A stretch of DNA of 24,000 nucleotides from the NCBI RefSeq assembly GCF_000482745.1, contig NZ_AXWQ01000013.1, positions 51,279 through 75,278 of the forward strand, read 5' to 3'. Origin of the DNA: Oleidesulfovibrio alaskensis DSM 16109 (lineage in GTDB: Bacteria > Desulfobacterota > Desulfovibrionia > Desulfovibrionales > Desulfovibrionaceae). Below the pieces are notes generated by a model. The model was given only the letters and a program-made list of their open reading frames with translations, had not been told where the DNA came from and did not search any database. This document shows, piece after piece, positions 23,456 to 24,000 of this stretch (its first letter is position 1; every line of letters begins with the position of its first letter). The position numbers were made by a program, and so were the translations under genes.

Positions 23456-23650
23456 CTATTTATGATTGGCTCCGCCGCAGCAGGTGTGCTGCGAAGAAGA
23501 CTTGCCTTTGATATCCTTTATCTGCCCGCTGCCGCATCCGCCGCTGCATCCGCAGCCGCATCCGCCGGACCGCTTGCGCGTGTACCTGTAAACCAGATAC
23601 ACCACCGCCAGCAACACAATGACCGCCACAACGGCTGTCTCCCAGTTCAT
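23456..23650 (-). CDS. FeoB-associated Cys-rich small membrane protein
   Basis: 64 aa with one N-terminal TM helix (AVVAVIVLLAVVYLVY), then GGCGCGCSGGCG and a CC pair. It matches my memory of the FeoB-associated Cys-rich family and sits in a feo context. Confidence 0.7.
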   Translation of the reverse strand: MNWETAVVAVIVLLAVVYLVYRYTRKRSGGCGCGCSGGCGSGQIKDIKGKSSSQHTCCGGANHK

Positions 23651-23668
23651 AGCAACTCCTCGGATTAG

Positions 23669-23953
23669 TTAAGGGTGCACCGCAGCACGGTCGGCATCGG
23701 CGGTATCGCACAGGGGTTCGCACAGCACCTGATCGGCCATGCCGTTACCCAGCACAACGCAGCAGTTGCGTACTTTCACGCTGCAGGGTCCGCCATTACG
23801 CGGGCCGCCGTTGCGCGAGCACACTTCCACTTCCGTGCCGGGGGTCAGCCCCAGCGCGCACAGCCTGCCCCGTGCTTTGGGGCAGTCGCCCAGCGCGCTT
23901 ACACGTACCTTTTCACCAACCGCAACCTGATTCAGCTTACACTGACAACCCAT
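23669..23953 (-). CDS. FeoA-domain protein, unusually Cys-rich paralog
   Basis: VGEKVRVSAL...LCALGLTPGTEVEV is a FeoA-like core. There are 10 Cys in 94 aa, including an N-terminal CxC and a CC pair. AAGGGGA RBS upstream. Confidence 0.7.
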   Translation of the reverse strand: MGCQCKLNQVAVGEKVRVSALGDCPKARGRLCALGLTPGTEVEVCSRNGGPRNGGPCSVKVRNCCVVLGNGMADQVLCEPLCDTADADRAAVHP

Positions 23954-23990
23954 AGTTAATCCCCTTGAATGAGCTCCACTTAATCCCGCA

Positions 23991-24000
23991 TGAGAATGAT
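23991..24000. promoter_or_regulatory. Partial Fur-box-like sequence at the window edge, upstream of the first feoA-like gene
   Basis: TGAGAATGAT (minus strand ATCATTCTCA) resembles the Fur-box half TGATAATGAT. It is truncated by the window end. Confidence 0.25.

Noticed and set aside
23528-23567. GC-rich short repeat gccgcatccgc x3-4
   Set aside because: It is the coding sequence for the GCGCGC/GGC stretch of the Cys-rich membrane peptide on the minus strand. This is a low-complexity coding repeat, not a regulatory array.
1-24000. Mobile elements, integrases, transposases, prophage genes, toxin-antitoxin pairs, defence systems, tRNA/rRNA genes
   Set aside because: I looked for them in all ORF translations and intergenic regions and found none. 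No terminal inverted repeats flank any block, and composition looks uniform by eye.

Overview
GC-rich, tightly packed chromosomal window with about 26 supportable CDS and no rRNA, tRNA, CRISPR or mobile elements. Gene content and operon layout resemble a Desulfovibrio-type sulfate reducer, but that is inference only. Left to right: uspA-family gene; Crp/Fnr regulator divergent from a hypothetical-trmO-thioesterase unit; gltX; a MATE transporter overlapping a DUF2156 (MprF C-terminal-like) gene; a small RHH-like gene behind a TGTACA repeat operator; and birA divergent from a 7.6 kb biotin operon. Then come a TrmB-family regulator coupled to lysA, an M20 amidohydrolase, a SlyD-like FKBP, and a feo locus (Cys-rich feoA-like, Cys-rich membrane peptide, feoA, feoB). 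The headline observation is the biotin operon. Between bioB-bioA and bioF-bioD sit five overlapping genes for a private type-II-FAS-like set: a FabZ-like hotdog protein, an SDR ketoreductase, an extended ACP, a Cys-His-His ketosynthase, and a second divergent hotdog-like protein. No bioC/bioH/bioW/bioI/bioZ-type gene is visible. This looks like a dedicated, biochemically uncharacterised route to the pimeloyl thioester used by BioF. I recall comparative-genomic notes of such insertions in Desulfovibrio bio operons but cannot verify that here. All protein calls rest on motif recognition by eye in the supplied translations. No database search was run.
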